The notes under the pieces were generated by a model. It was given only the letters and a program-made list of their open reading frames with translations. It did not search any database and was not told the DNA's origin. A DNA stretch of 64,000 bases from Raillietiella orientalis (Eukaryota), in the NCBI GenBank assembly GCA_036172245.1, contig JAYWIR010000050.1:310001-374000 (forward strand), written 5' to 3'. Within the stretch, counting starts at the first letter, position 1. Every line of letters begins with the position of its first letter. The position numbers and the translations under genes were made by a program. Of the stretch, positions 53,401-64,000 are shown piece by piece.

Positions 53401-54790
53401 CGGAGGAGCGGGGAGCTCTCTTTCCTCCTCGCCAGCGGACCGGGAGGCTGGGAGGAAGCGCTCGCGCGGGGACGAGCGAGATTTGGAGCTCGGCCACAGA
53501 CGGAGGTCGCGGGAGAAGGCGGGAAGGGGGGAGGTGCGATCTTTGGCAGACACGCAGACAGGCTCGAGAGCGTTTTTCCCCGGGGGTCTCCCGTGCGTGC
53601 GCGACGCCGCCTCTCCAGAAAGACCGCGCGCCTCGTCGCTCTTCGATGAGACGCGCCGTGCTGCTCCCGGACGGGTCGCGCACGCGTCCCTCCACGGCCT
53701 TCGCCCGCTTTGTCTCTTCCCCCCCTCCCGACCACTTCTGCCTCTTCGGGGCGGAATTCTTCCTTGTTTCTCGGGGCCTGTTAACGAGTTCCTCCTCCCG
53801 AAGCAGGGAGCGCCGACGAGATGGTTATTTTTTTATTAGCAGTGTCAGTGCCTTCGATCAGGTGCACGTTGCTCCGGGATGCTGGGCGGAATGGCCCTCG
53901 CGTTCTACTGCCCTCCATTTCTTATAAGCTCATGTTTTTGACCGGGGGGCACACCGGCGGAACTTTGCGAGCCAGGCGCGGGAGAGTGGCGCTACCGTCG
54001 GCAGAGGGCGTCGTCCTCCTTCGCTTGCGTAAAATAGGGTGGGGGAAGGAAGGGATTTGTTGGCAGACCGGGCGAGCTGCAACGGACGCACGGTCTCCTG
54101 GCGAATGCATCCCGAGAGCTCACGCTCTGGACCGCAGGATGCGCGGCATCCGAATGCGCCGCGTTTCGCTGCTGCCGATGCCCGCGCCGCCCGTGGCGTT
54201 TCAGCGAAAACCAAGTCCCGTGAGATCGGGAAGACGCGGCCTCGTTCCTCGGGGATCCTCAAACGCGCTGACGGCGGCAAAAAGCGTCCCGGGACTTCTC
54301 CCTGTCGCAGGGAGCGGTAGAATGCCGACCGTATTGCCGATGCGGGGGAGTCCGCGCGCGGGGGCTCGCTTCCCGCGCAGTTCCGGCGCGGCCGGTCGGA
54401 ACCGAATTCTTGCCCGACCCGTAAACTCACTCAGGCTCCGGGGGCAACAGGAAGATCGGCTACCATCCGTGATAGCGTCATCTGAGGCCCGACGTACGTG
54501 CCGGACGAAAGGGGTGCGCGCGTGCCCTATCAAATTATCCAAAAATCTATTAATAGATGGAAGAAATGGCAGCAATTTTTGACGTTTTCTCCTGCAACCG
54601 CCCTCCCGGTCACGCCATCCGCATATTGTCACGAGATGGAAGCCGTCGCCTGGTTGCTTCCGGATACGATTCTCGCCTGGTAACCCTGCGCGTTTGTTCT
54701 GGCCGGGCCGGCGAGGGGCAGCAGCGGTATCGTGGAAGAGGCGTGGGCATTGAGGAAGGGCACGGCAACGCAGTGGTAGCTCGAAGTCTT

Positions 54791-54871
54791 CACGCAGTGG
54801 CGCAACGGGCGCCGCGGGTTCGAACTCCACGCGGGAAACGGTCCGCGCCTAGGAAAAAAAAAAAAAAAAAA
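54791..54871 (+). mobile_element. Possible tRNA-derived SINE-like remnant
   Basis: A-box-like TGGCGCAACGG (54798-54808), B-box-like GGTTCGAACTC (54817-54827) with a partial T-stem, and A18 at 54854-54871. The A-B spacing is too short for a tRNA and no target-site duplication is seen. Confidence 0.25.
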
Positions 54872-57800
54872 GGGTGGCATGGGGTGTGTCACGGGTTTCG
54901 AGTCGTTCCTCGCAGTGGCACCGGTTGGCCCATTCGGGCGCGTCGACGCCGGTGACAGTCGGACTCCTCCGTCGACTGACCGAGATTGAAAGTCGGCCCT
55001 CCGGGAATCAGGGAGCAGGTTCCCTTCGGGGTCTCCTCCCTCCCCCCCCCCCGAGTGGTGCAAATGGTGCTGTTCCACGGAGCTTGTGGATCGACGCCTC
55101 TCCAAGGTTCAGATAGCGCGCTGCCCCTCCCTTCGGGGTCTCTTCGGAGCAGGAAACCGGGACCTGCCCCCTTGCAGCTGCCCTCCGGAGAAGAAACGAG
55201 GATCGCCCCCTCTCAGGGAGTCCCTCCGGAGCCTTCCTGTATTTCACAGGGTGTTTCGTATGGGATCACTCCCTCACTGAAGAGTCACACGTGTCCTCGG
55301 GTGGCTTCATCAACCCTCCCCCCCCCCCCTTCCTCTCCGAGCAGGTTGTTCCGCACTCGGCCAACTAAAAAAGAGGAGCAAACCCCCCAAAAAGGCTAGA
55401 GAGAAGCTGACGCAAGCGGAAGCGATGCCCCAGAGATGGAGCGGTCGGGGGTGCTGTCCGTCCGTGTGGGCGGATGAACCCGTCCTGGTGACCCCCTTCA
55501 GGGCTGCTCGCTGGCTGCCGCCGTGCGCGGCGGACGCGGAGAATTCTTCGTTTCGACGAGAGCGAAGGCCCCATGCGTCGCCTGCGTTCCGAGCGGCCTG
55601 CGCGGCCGCTCGGAACCGGAGTGGTCTTTCGCTGAGCGAAGTGGACGATCCCCCCACACTGGGGGAGCGGACTAAGGGGTCCGCTCGCTTTCGCACAACA
55701 TCGGGGGCATGCAGTTTCAACCGCTGTCAGTGTCGCCAAACAGCGTCATCTTGCAGGAGGAACTCGAACCCCTGAAACAGTGCGTCGATTTCTGTCGGAG
55801 TATTCGAACCCGCGACTCACAGTACCACGCGCGGAGACCGTAACCACGAAGCCTCCAACGCGGGCTTCCCCCGCCTATTCGGCCAGAGAGGCGCCTCCCT
55901 TAGTGGAAGAGTTCGTCCACGGCATGAAATCGAAAACCCGCGCCGTGGACGGGAGCATGCCGACGTTTTGTCTGTGTCGCCGGGAGCGCGCGCGCACCGT
56001 CGTTTCCCGCCGCGAAGCGCACCCGCGACTGCTGGCCCACCTGGGGGGGGGGGCAACTGCATTCAAACATCGCTGAGTGCCGGGGCCGGTGATTCACGGC
56101 GTGTGCGCGCGCGCGCGCTCAGAAACGGAACCTCTGACAGAGTCGGATGGAGAGGAGGGGGAGGAATCGATGCCTTCTGCAGCCCATGAATCCTCATCGG
56201 CAGTGGGTGGCGGCTACAGGACACCGCCACGAGACTTCCGCGCACGCCTCTGCAACGAAGGGGGGCGCAGACGGCGGCAACCAGCGGGCGGCGGACCTCG
56301 CGGCGGCCGCCGAGCGCCTTGTGAAGACGCAGTGCTGCCAGTGCTGCTGCAGACTCTCTCCCTGAATAGCGCGCCATCTCCGCAGCGCGGTGCGGGTCCG
56401 CAGACTCGTTCATGGGACGCTTCCTGATTGATGGGGGGGGGCAAGACTGTCACTCTGTTGTTCTTGACGCCGCTTTACCGAAGTGCCTCCGCGAACCGGT
56501 TCCACCCGCGCCCCTTCGGTGGGGGAGCCTGCGCCGAGCTCAAGCGTCTCCCAGGACGTCCGCCTCGTGGATCCGCACGACGACGCTTGCGAGACGAGTC
56601 GGCTTCGCGGTGGCGCCTGCCGCAAACGGCGGAGGCGCCTTGGACCTCCTGCAGCCTCCTCCTTCATCCTCTTCTTCTCATCCTACTCCTTCCATTCTGT
56701 TTCCTCGGACTCTTCCCTCGTGGGTGCGCCCAAGGGATCGACCGCTGTTCTTTGTCGCTGAAGAGTTGACGCTCTCCACGGAGGTCGGTCTTGGAGCCAC
56801 CGTGGCTCGTGAGCCTGCTGAGGAGATCTTCTGGCGAGGGGAGCGCCCGAGACCCGCGGCTCGGACGCCCCCCTTGCGGTAGAACCCGGGGCGTCCAGTC
56901 GGGGTTACACAAGCACCACCCGCGTGAGCCGCCTGTGGGAAGAGAAGGGATGTTGGCCCCGGCATCGAAAGGGGGCAGAGAAGAGCTTCAGGGCGCAGCG
57001 CCTTCCCGGACAGCGTCGGGGTGTTCCGGAAATGGGAGAAACGGTTTTCTCGCTGCATCGCCGGCTGTGCGGTGATCCGGGTGGCACGAAGTGTGCCCTG
57101 AGGAGAGAAGGATTGCGTGGCGCAGAGGCGGGAATAGACTCTCAGCTTCTTTCTTTCTTTTCTTCCAGCAGCTTTCACAAATGGAAGATGCCGCGTTGCG
57201 GTTCCCTCTGCCAGCGCGCTCCGGGTCGAATCCTGACCGGGAGGATACGTTGAGAAAACACGCACTGGACTTTCCGGAAGCGCTGCAGTCCTATCCCCTG
57301 GCGCTCTTCCTCTTATGTGGGCGCAGCAGAATCGCAATGCTGGTGTTGGCTCTCGGAAGATTCGATTTCCTGAAGCGAGGCGGAGAGCGTTTCGGGAGAC
57401 TGTGTTCCCACCCCTTTCCCTCCTCCCCCTCACACGCTGAGGTGGTGCATCTTCGTTGCGGTGGGCTCTGTACGAAACGCGGATCCATGTGTTTTGCTGG
57501 AGGGGAAACAACCGTTCGCGGTCTTCTCGGTACCCCTTCTTCGACTGCCATTGGTCACGTGGTGGCAGGCGGAGGATGCCGGAGCTTCCTCTGTCCAGTC
57601 GCGTGGGGTCGGCACACGCTGCGACGATCCGCAGCTTCCTCCTGCTTCCAGGTGCCATTTTCCCCAAAGCCGGATGTTGCGCCTTACTGTAGGAACGTTC
57701 CGATGCGAGCGCCAGAACGCTCCCTGAACGTTTTTCTCTTGGTGAAAAATCCAGTCGTTCCCATGCGGAAGACGAGAGGTGAATAATGAAGTCCCGTCTT

Positions 57801-60800
57801 GCTTTCCCGAAACTCGAGAGCCCCGAGCGGAGCACAGCAGAAAGGCAGCCAGGGAAGAAGCGAAGGAAGTCAAATCTGCGTTTGCGCAGGTGGCGGCGGC
57901 GGATTAGCGGCAGTCGACAAGTTTCACGTTCTGTGACTTTCCCCCCCCTCTCCCCCCCTCTTGTTGTTGTTGCTGTTTTTTTTCATTGTCGCTGTTGTCC
58001 CATTGTTGCCGTTGCTGTTTTCCATTGTTGCGTCGGTTGTACATCAGTTGTTGATGGACGCGAGAAGCTTTCGTGTCCCCCCCCCCCTCTCTGTTCCGTC
58101 TCGAGCCTTCTTCGATCTTTCGCATCCTACCCGGTTGCACGAGTCGCGTCCACGCGTCCACGGTCTTGTCCACAGCCGCCTCGCCTCCTTCGCGTGAATC
58201 CGGGCAGGTCCCTCTCTTCTCGTCGCCATGGGACCGACCTTCCGACAGCTCTGAAGTCGATTGCTGCCGGGGTTTCAATAGGGCCCAGGGTGGGACGGGC
58301 TTGCTTGCGTACTTCGGCTTTTGCACGCGTCCGAGCTCACTCCCGCCGAGCGCTCAACTCTCTCGCGCTTGCGGCCTTTCCTGTCAGTTTAAGAGGTATT
58401 CTTCGTGACTTTGCGGGGCGGGGGAGGGGGACAACCTCGTCCGCGCACCATGTGGAGCATTCGAGCTGTCAGTTTCCGTACTCCGAGACCCGGTGGCGCC
58501 ACGACGACGACCACCAGTTCCCGAGGTCTCTGCCGGAACTTTTAATTACCAACTCTGGGCAAGGGTGCGTGCGTCAATCCTTTCGGAATGTTTCCCTTTC
58601 CTTTTTATTCAAGTCCGAAGTCCCCTCGACCGGGAGCGTGCTGATGCCGTTTGACGTGGTAGGCTGAATTTCATTGCCTCCCTTCATGATTTTATCATGG
58701 CTTCCCTCGTCTCTGTGTCTGTGGGAAGGAGAGGGAGGAGGGAGGGATGTAGAGGCTGTGCTCCAAGTCGCCGTTCCTTTTGTGACCAATTCGCAGAGGA
58801 TGCCACGATGCCGTTGAATGTTTCATAAAACCGAATTTCAATTCAAGGATCTTGGTACGTTTCCGAAGCATGGAGGCTGTTGGCATGACAGCTCGGAGAC
58901 ATTTCCAGAATTTGTGGCCTCCGTGAGCACCGCAAGATATCTTTCTTCCCCTTTTCGAACCGCGCTCTCGTGACGCTTTCATTCCCAACGTTTTATTCGG
59001 TTGTGCGTTTGATTTTTCGATTCCCGTTGGGCAGCGAAGACGCTGCGAGCCCGCTCAGGGAGCTCGCAATCCTTGTTATCCGTTTCATTATGCAGGTCTC
59101 TTTCCGTTCATGTACTTCTGACTTCTCCTCCTCGTTCTCCCCAGCGCGGGAGATGTTTCCCCGAGTGATTCCGTCGCTGAGTAGTTTCCGCAAGTACCTT
59201 TACCACGATTTGTTTCCAAACGCCGGGCGCGGTGACTTGGAGCAGCACATGACCCCGCGTTCTGGGGCCGCGACTCACCAGGAAAAGGGCCCTTCCGTCT
59301 GCGCCGAGTCCTTCGGAGTGCGGCTTTCGGACGTGGGGGAGAGCTTTGCAAGAGTGCGTAGGGCGCTGCCCACCCCCCACCCCCCTCGTCGATGCGGAGT
59401 GTCCCTTCGCCGTTTTGGTGGCGCGCAGCTTTGTGGTGGTAGTCGCTCGCGTTCTTCCCGTTGAGCGAGGGAGCATGAGAGCACCTGCCGGATTCCCATC
59501 GGGCGCCTCGTCCAGGGTCCCATGGGAGGCGCCGGAGAGGTCGGTCACGCGCTGCGGGCGTCAACGGCCGCTCGTGAAGCTCGTGCGCGGCAGGCGCCGC
59601 GGACGCAATGCGCGCTGCCCGGGCGTGCGAGTGCGAACCGGTGCCCGCTCGCTGGACCGTTGATTCTCGGGGAAGGGACTCTGCCTCTCTGCCCACCCCG
59701 AGGGAATCTTTTGCTGCATGCCCGTAGCTAAAACGTTCGCATTCTCCGCTGCGCACTCCGTCGACAGACAGTCGACTTTTTTCGCGAGGTGGGGTCGAAT
59801 CATCCGGTTCGCCTCCCGAGAAAGGACTGCGTTGCCACCGTATGGGATGTCCCGTTGTTTTCGTGTGGCCCCCTTCCCTCCCCCGCCTCTTCGCAGCTCA
59901 CTGTCCGGTGCTTGCACCCCAAAATGGGGAGTGCGCGCGGGGCGGCTCGCTGTGGCTCTCTCCGTCCAGCCGCGTCTTTCCCCATCGCGCTGTGCTTGCG
60001 GAGCGTTCGCAGCGCCACCCCCAAACTGCTCCTCCCCGGAACCGGATTCAGGTCGTTCCACGGCGGAAACCTTTGGCCATCCTCATCTATCGAAAAAATC
60101 GGCTTCCTCCCGATCCGGGAATGACATGGTGGCGGCGGTACAGGACGAGCACTCCATCGAGAAGCATCTCGTTTGTCTTGCGTTCCGGGATTCTTCGAAA
60201 CGGTCCTTCGGTTCGGAGAACGAGCAGGAAGCAGCCCGCGGTCTCCGCGGTTCCGTTCACCCCCTATGCACCCCACGCACCCGCCCACATCAAGGTACGC
60301 AAATCGGCGTTTTTTTTTTTTTTTATTATTATTATTCCTTGAACTCGTGCGGTGGGTTGATAGCTGGTTGCGCCGGGGCGTGTAGAATAGTTTTATGTAG
60401 AATGACATGAAACTGTTCTATTCTCCTGTTTTTACGTCGAATAAAAATAGATGTCGGCGGCAGGACGCTTGGTCCTGCCACGTTACAAATGTAACCATGG
60501 AAAACTGCCGAGGACAGGCACGCAGACCGGCAAGGTTCGGCTTGGCAGCAGAGGGGAGGAGAGGGGCAAACAAAAAGAAAAATAAAACCAAAAAAATGTG
60601 TACAAAAAAAAATGGGGAGGGTTCGGGAAGGGAACATGGCCTGCTGGGGGGGGGGCGTCCTCTGCATCCTTTGCAGGATGGAGGCAAGTTCCTGTTTTAT
60701 CATTCCCGAATGGCGCCATCTTGACGCTGTCCTCAAGAAGAGGACTGCCAAACAGATGGCGTCCCTGTCTTCCTGGCCTCCCCCTGACTTAGCTCCACGC

Positions 60801-63800
60801 AGCCACGGTGCCCGCCGCGAGGGCAGCAGAGCGCTGCTAGGGGTGCAGCCGGCGTGAGGGCGTCGCGCGGGAAGATGCGCTTCGACTCGTCTCTGGGGCT
60901 GCCCTCGGAGGTCCGCAGGGACGCGGGAAATCGTTCCCACAGGGGACGGAGGGAACACTTGATCATGGAACGCTTGATCTGTCACCTTGTGGACGTTCCA
61001 TTTTCGTCGGCGGGCAGTCCCGGCTCGACTCGAATCATCCGCTCTTCGAGTGCTGCTGAATGTTCGGATCGCGCGCGAGGTGAAAATAATCCTGCAGCAA
61101 CGGGCCGCCGCCTTCCGTTTTGGGGCCGATTTCGACTTACCACGGCGGGGTCGCGGCACTGGATGCTTCCGGCAGACGGGTCGGAGCGGAGCGCTGCCGC
61201 TACTGCGCGCGATCGGCTCTGGTTCGGGATGAGCGCGACATCGAGGGGGGGAACAGGAAAAACGGAAGAGCACGGAGGCTCCTGCAGAGCCACGCGCGAG
61301 CGTGGAACGCGAGGTTCCCCTCGGCAACCGAATGCGTACTGCTTCGGCGGTACATGCACGAAAACGGTCGCCGACGCGAGAGGGAGCGTTGGGGACGTGT
61401 GATGCCGGCGACCGCTCACCGATGGTTGCCGCGCTTCGTTTACGGCAGGTCGGTTCCCGGGCCTTCTCCGGAGAGGCCCTCAAAGCTGGCAGGACTGCTC
61501 GGGACGCACCGTTCGACGATGCGTGACGGTGGTGAGGGCGGTGGTCATCTCCGCCTCGACGGGTGCCGGGGGCGATGACGACGCTCCGCCGTTTCCGCGC
61601 AGGCCAGCGCGGAGTCGAATGGCGGTGACCATGACTTCCCGGGAAAGCCTTGAATGGGAAACGAAGCTCCATATTTCTGACGGGAACCGGAGATCTTTAA
61701 TCCAATCATCTACAGCATCATCTTCGGACTTTGGTTCCATCCGTCAGTTTTATCTGCATGTCGGACGTGTGCGCGAGGCCGCTGCAGAGCCCGAATCGAT
61801 CAAAACGTAGTTTGTGTTGCGCGCGGGAGGAACGGGATGAGGGGAAGGAGTAGTCGTGCGTGCGACCCGGATCGCAGCTCAGCGTGCGCGTGACCACGCT
61901 GGCGGGGCTCCTGAAAAGACCATTCCGGGCCGAGGTGGCTGGCTGCTTCGTGCTGTCCTGCTGGACTGGGCGTTTTGGCTCCCGTGGAGCGGGCAGACGG
62001 GGGCACGTCCCTCCGCTCTCTGCGAGAGGAGGCGGGTCGTTTCCACGTGCGACGGCCAAGGGGGCGGCAGCGGAATGATCGGGGTTCCTGAAGGGCGTAG
62101 CCGGCTCCGGGACTTCTTTGGCGGGCGTCGTCATCCGTGGTTCTTTGTGGCGCTGAGCTGCCTCCGGCGTCATCTCGGCGGCGGCAGCAGGAGGACCGGA
62201 GCGGAAGTCTGTTTTTCCCCCATCCTGTCCGTTGGGGAGCGTCCCCACCCTCGTTTCCAAGCGCTCTCCCACTCCGAGCCTCGGAAAGGTAGGGTGGGCG
62301 CGTCTTTGATGCTGCTTCGTGTGTTGCTCTTACTTCCCGGAAGCGCGACCGCTCATCGCGACCGGCGACGGACTTCAGAAGCCTTGACGTTGATGGCTGC
62401 TGATCGCTGCTCTTCTTCGGGAACGGTCGCTCGGCCTCCGCAAGCGGAAGGTGGTCCTGTGGAAGATTGCGCGGGTCTTTTGCTGCAACCAGCCTCCTGA
62501 CCTCACCCGTCTCCGACTCAGGCGGGGCTAGCAGTGCCGCCTTTGCCGCCGCTCTCTGCCGAGCTGAAGGTTCCCTTCCGACCCGCCTCCGCAGCTGCTC
62601 CGGGAGTTTCGCCTACTGCTGCGCCTCGTAGAGGTCAAGGCGCTTCGCTCGCGGTTCCCACGCGCTCCTTCGATCTCGGCTTCAGCGTGAGTTCGTGTTT
62701 GGTTGCTGCTCCCGGAAGAAAGGAGGGGACTTTTTTGTTTCGTAGGTTCGGTTTGACGTCCCCCCCCTTCCTCGCTGCTGCTCGCTTAGGGCGCGAGGCG
62801 GGTCGCTCTCGACGCAGCCCTCCCTGCAGGCGAAAGCTCTTGGCTGTCCCTCGCCTCGTCGAGGAGGAGGAGGGGGAGAAGACGCGCTCGCCGTCTCGTA
62901 CCGTGCCGGTTTCTTTCGCCCTCTGTCCAGGAATTTGATCGCGCTCGAAACCGGGATGCGCCGTGGCTCCGCACTCTCCGAGGGTGCCTGCACGAGACGC
63001 GCGCAGTGCCGACCGCAGGCGGCCCGGTGCACGCGCTCTCCTTGGAATTCGTTCGTCGGGGTTTCGCGGCTTTGAGTCCGGGGCCGAGGAGGTGGAGGAG
63101 ACAGCGACTGCTCTTGGCAACGGCATCGCCTCTGGCCGGGAAATCTTGCAACGCACAAGGAAAATACTTGCGATCTCGTCTTCCCACCTTGCTGACCACA
63201 GCGCTGTCGTTCCCGTCCGCAGGAAGTGGGTTCTTCGGCGTCCAGCAGCCTCAGCTGGAGGGAAGGCGCCGTCTTCTGCCCGGTGGGCCGAAAGGGTGCT
63301 CTGCTCGTGACGGCAGTGATGACCGCATGCCGCCAGTTGGCCGTCAGCGCACGCCCTGCGCGCTCTTCCGCTTCGCCCCCGCCTTCCTGGGTCACTCGGT
63401 GCTTCCTTGCGCGCGCACCTTTCTCGCTCGGTCGCTTCGCCCTTCCTCGCCTCCCTCAGAGGATTCCCTCTGGACCCGCTGCTCCCGGAGGACGCCCGTG
63501 TCTTGGTGAGCAACCTCGACAGGTGTCGCTCGCCGCCGCCTGGATCCACCGCAGCCTACCGGAAGACGCACGGCACATGCCGCTCGCTTGCTCTTCTCTC
63601 ATCTGGCGGGGTCAGCTGAAGGGTTGCGCGGCCAACCGTGGTCTCGAAGGAGTGTACCCGTGGAAGGGAGGCGGGGGACCCAGCGGGACAAATCCCGGCG
63701 ACGAGCTCGCAGGCATCCTTGCCATTCCTCGCAGGAAACCTCCTGCGTTTCCGTGCTCTCGCAGCGCCAAAGGGGCTCCGAGGTGGAGGGACCGCGGGCG

Positions 63801-64000
63801 TCCCTCAGCCTCAAGCAACTTCCTGATCAGTTCCATACAGTTCCTTCTTGCCCACCCGAATCGTCCGGGAGATGTCCGAGGCGGTGCGTCCGGTGTGCTG
63901 AACGAGGAGACCATCAGTGCCTCGGGATGACTCGGCACGCCGTTGTTCCGAGGTGTTCCGGTTCCCTGAAGGTACCTGGCTCCGAGTTCAGCCGGAAGTC

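Larger units (their letters stand above)
22000..64000. other. GC-rich, CpG-rich domain without a recognisable conserved gene (gene desert or giant intron)
   Basis: By eye roughly 60-70% GC with abundant CGCG, many G/C and A/T homopolymers and simple repeats. Overlapping Arg/Pro/Gly/Ser-rich ORFs occur in all six frames with no conserved domain, and short AT-rich motif islands are interspersed. Confidence 0.7.

Noticed and set aside
55795..55885. Second A-box/B-box-like pair on the minus strand
   Set aside because: Both boxes are imperfect, no cloverleaf forms, and GGTTCGA occurs several times by chance in this CpG-rich DNA.
29000..64000. Hundreds of long overlapping ORFs, up to 478 aa (for example 37357-38793, 50603-51973, 60332-61672)
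   Set aside because: They occur in all six frames, are Arg/Pro/Gly/Ser-rich, run through microsatellites and show no conserved domain. This is expected from stop-codon scarcity at high GC.
22000..64000. Homeobox or other transcription-factor exons suggested by the enhancer-like motifs
   Set aside because: I found no WFQNRR-like, zinc-finger, bHLH, HMG or forkhead peptide in the ORF track or by reading. A short exon could have been missed.

Overview
This is animal (invertebrate-type) nuclear DNA in two sharply different parts. Bases 1 to about 19,000 are AT-rich and CpG-depleted and hold five compact, intact housekeeping genes whose exons I spliced by hand: importin beta-1 (5'-truncated by the window), an ACAD9-like protein with a degenerate active site, ribosomal protein L18a, cofactor-dependent phosphoglycerate mutase and type II PI 4-kinase. 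Of their 25 introns, 13 are only 41-48 nt. Two convergent pairs almost touch, with 13 and 66 nt between stop codons. Interleaved with these genes, and running to about 29 kb, are gene-like stretches with plausible splice sites but interrupted reading frames. Three exon-like segments of 130-157 codons are open except for three in-frame TGA codons each, which fits either fossil genes or stop recoding/editing and is unresolved. From about 22 kb to the end the DNA is very GC- and CpG-rich, full of G/C and A/T homopolymers and microsatellites, with no recognisable conserved protein. It carries AT-rich islands with Pbx/Hox, TCF, Meis, RFX-like and p53-like motifs, as expected for the regulatory landscape of a developmental gene outside the window. 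All homology calls come from recalled family motifs; no database search was run and the organism was not identified.
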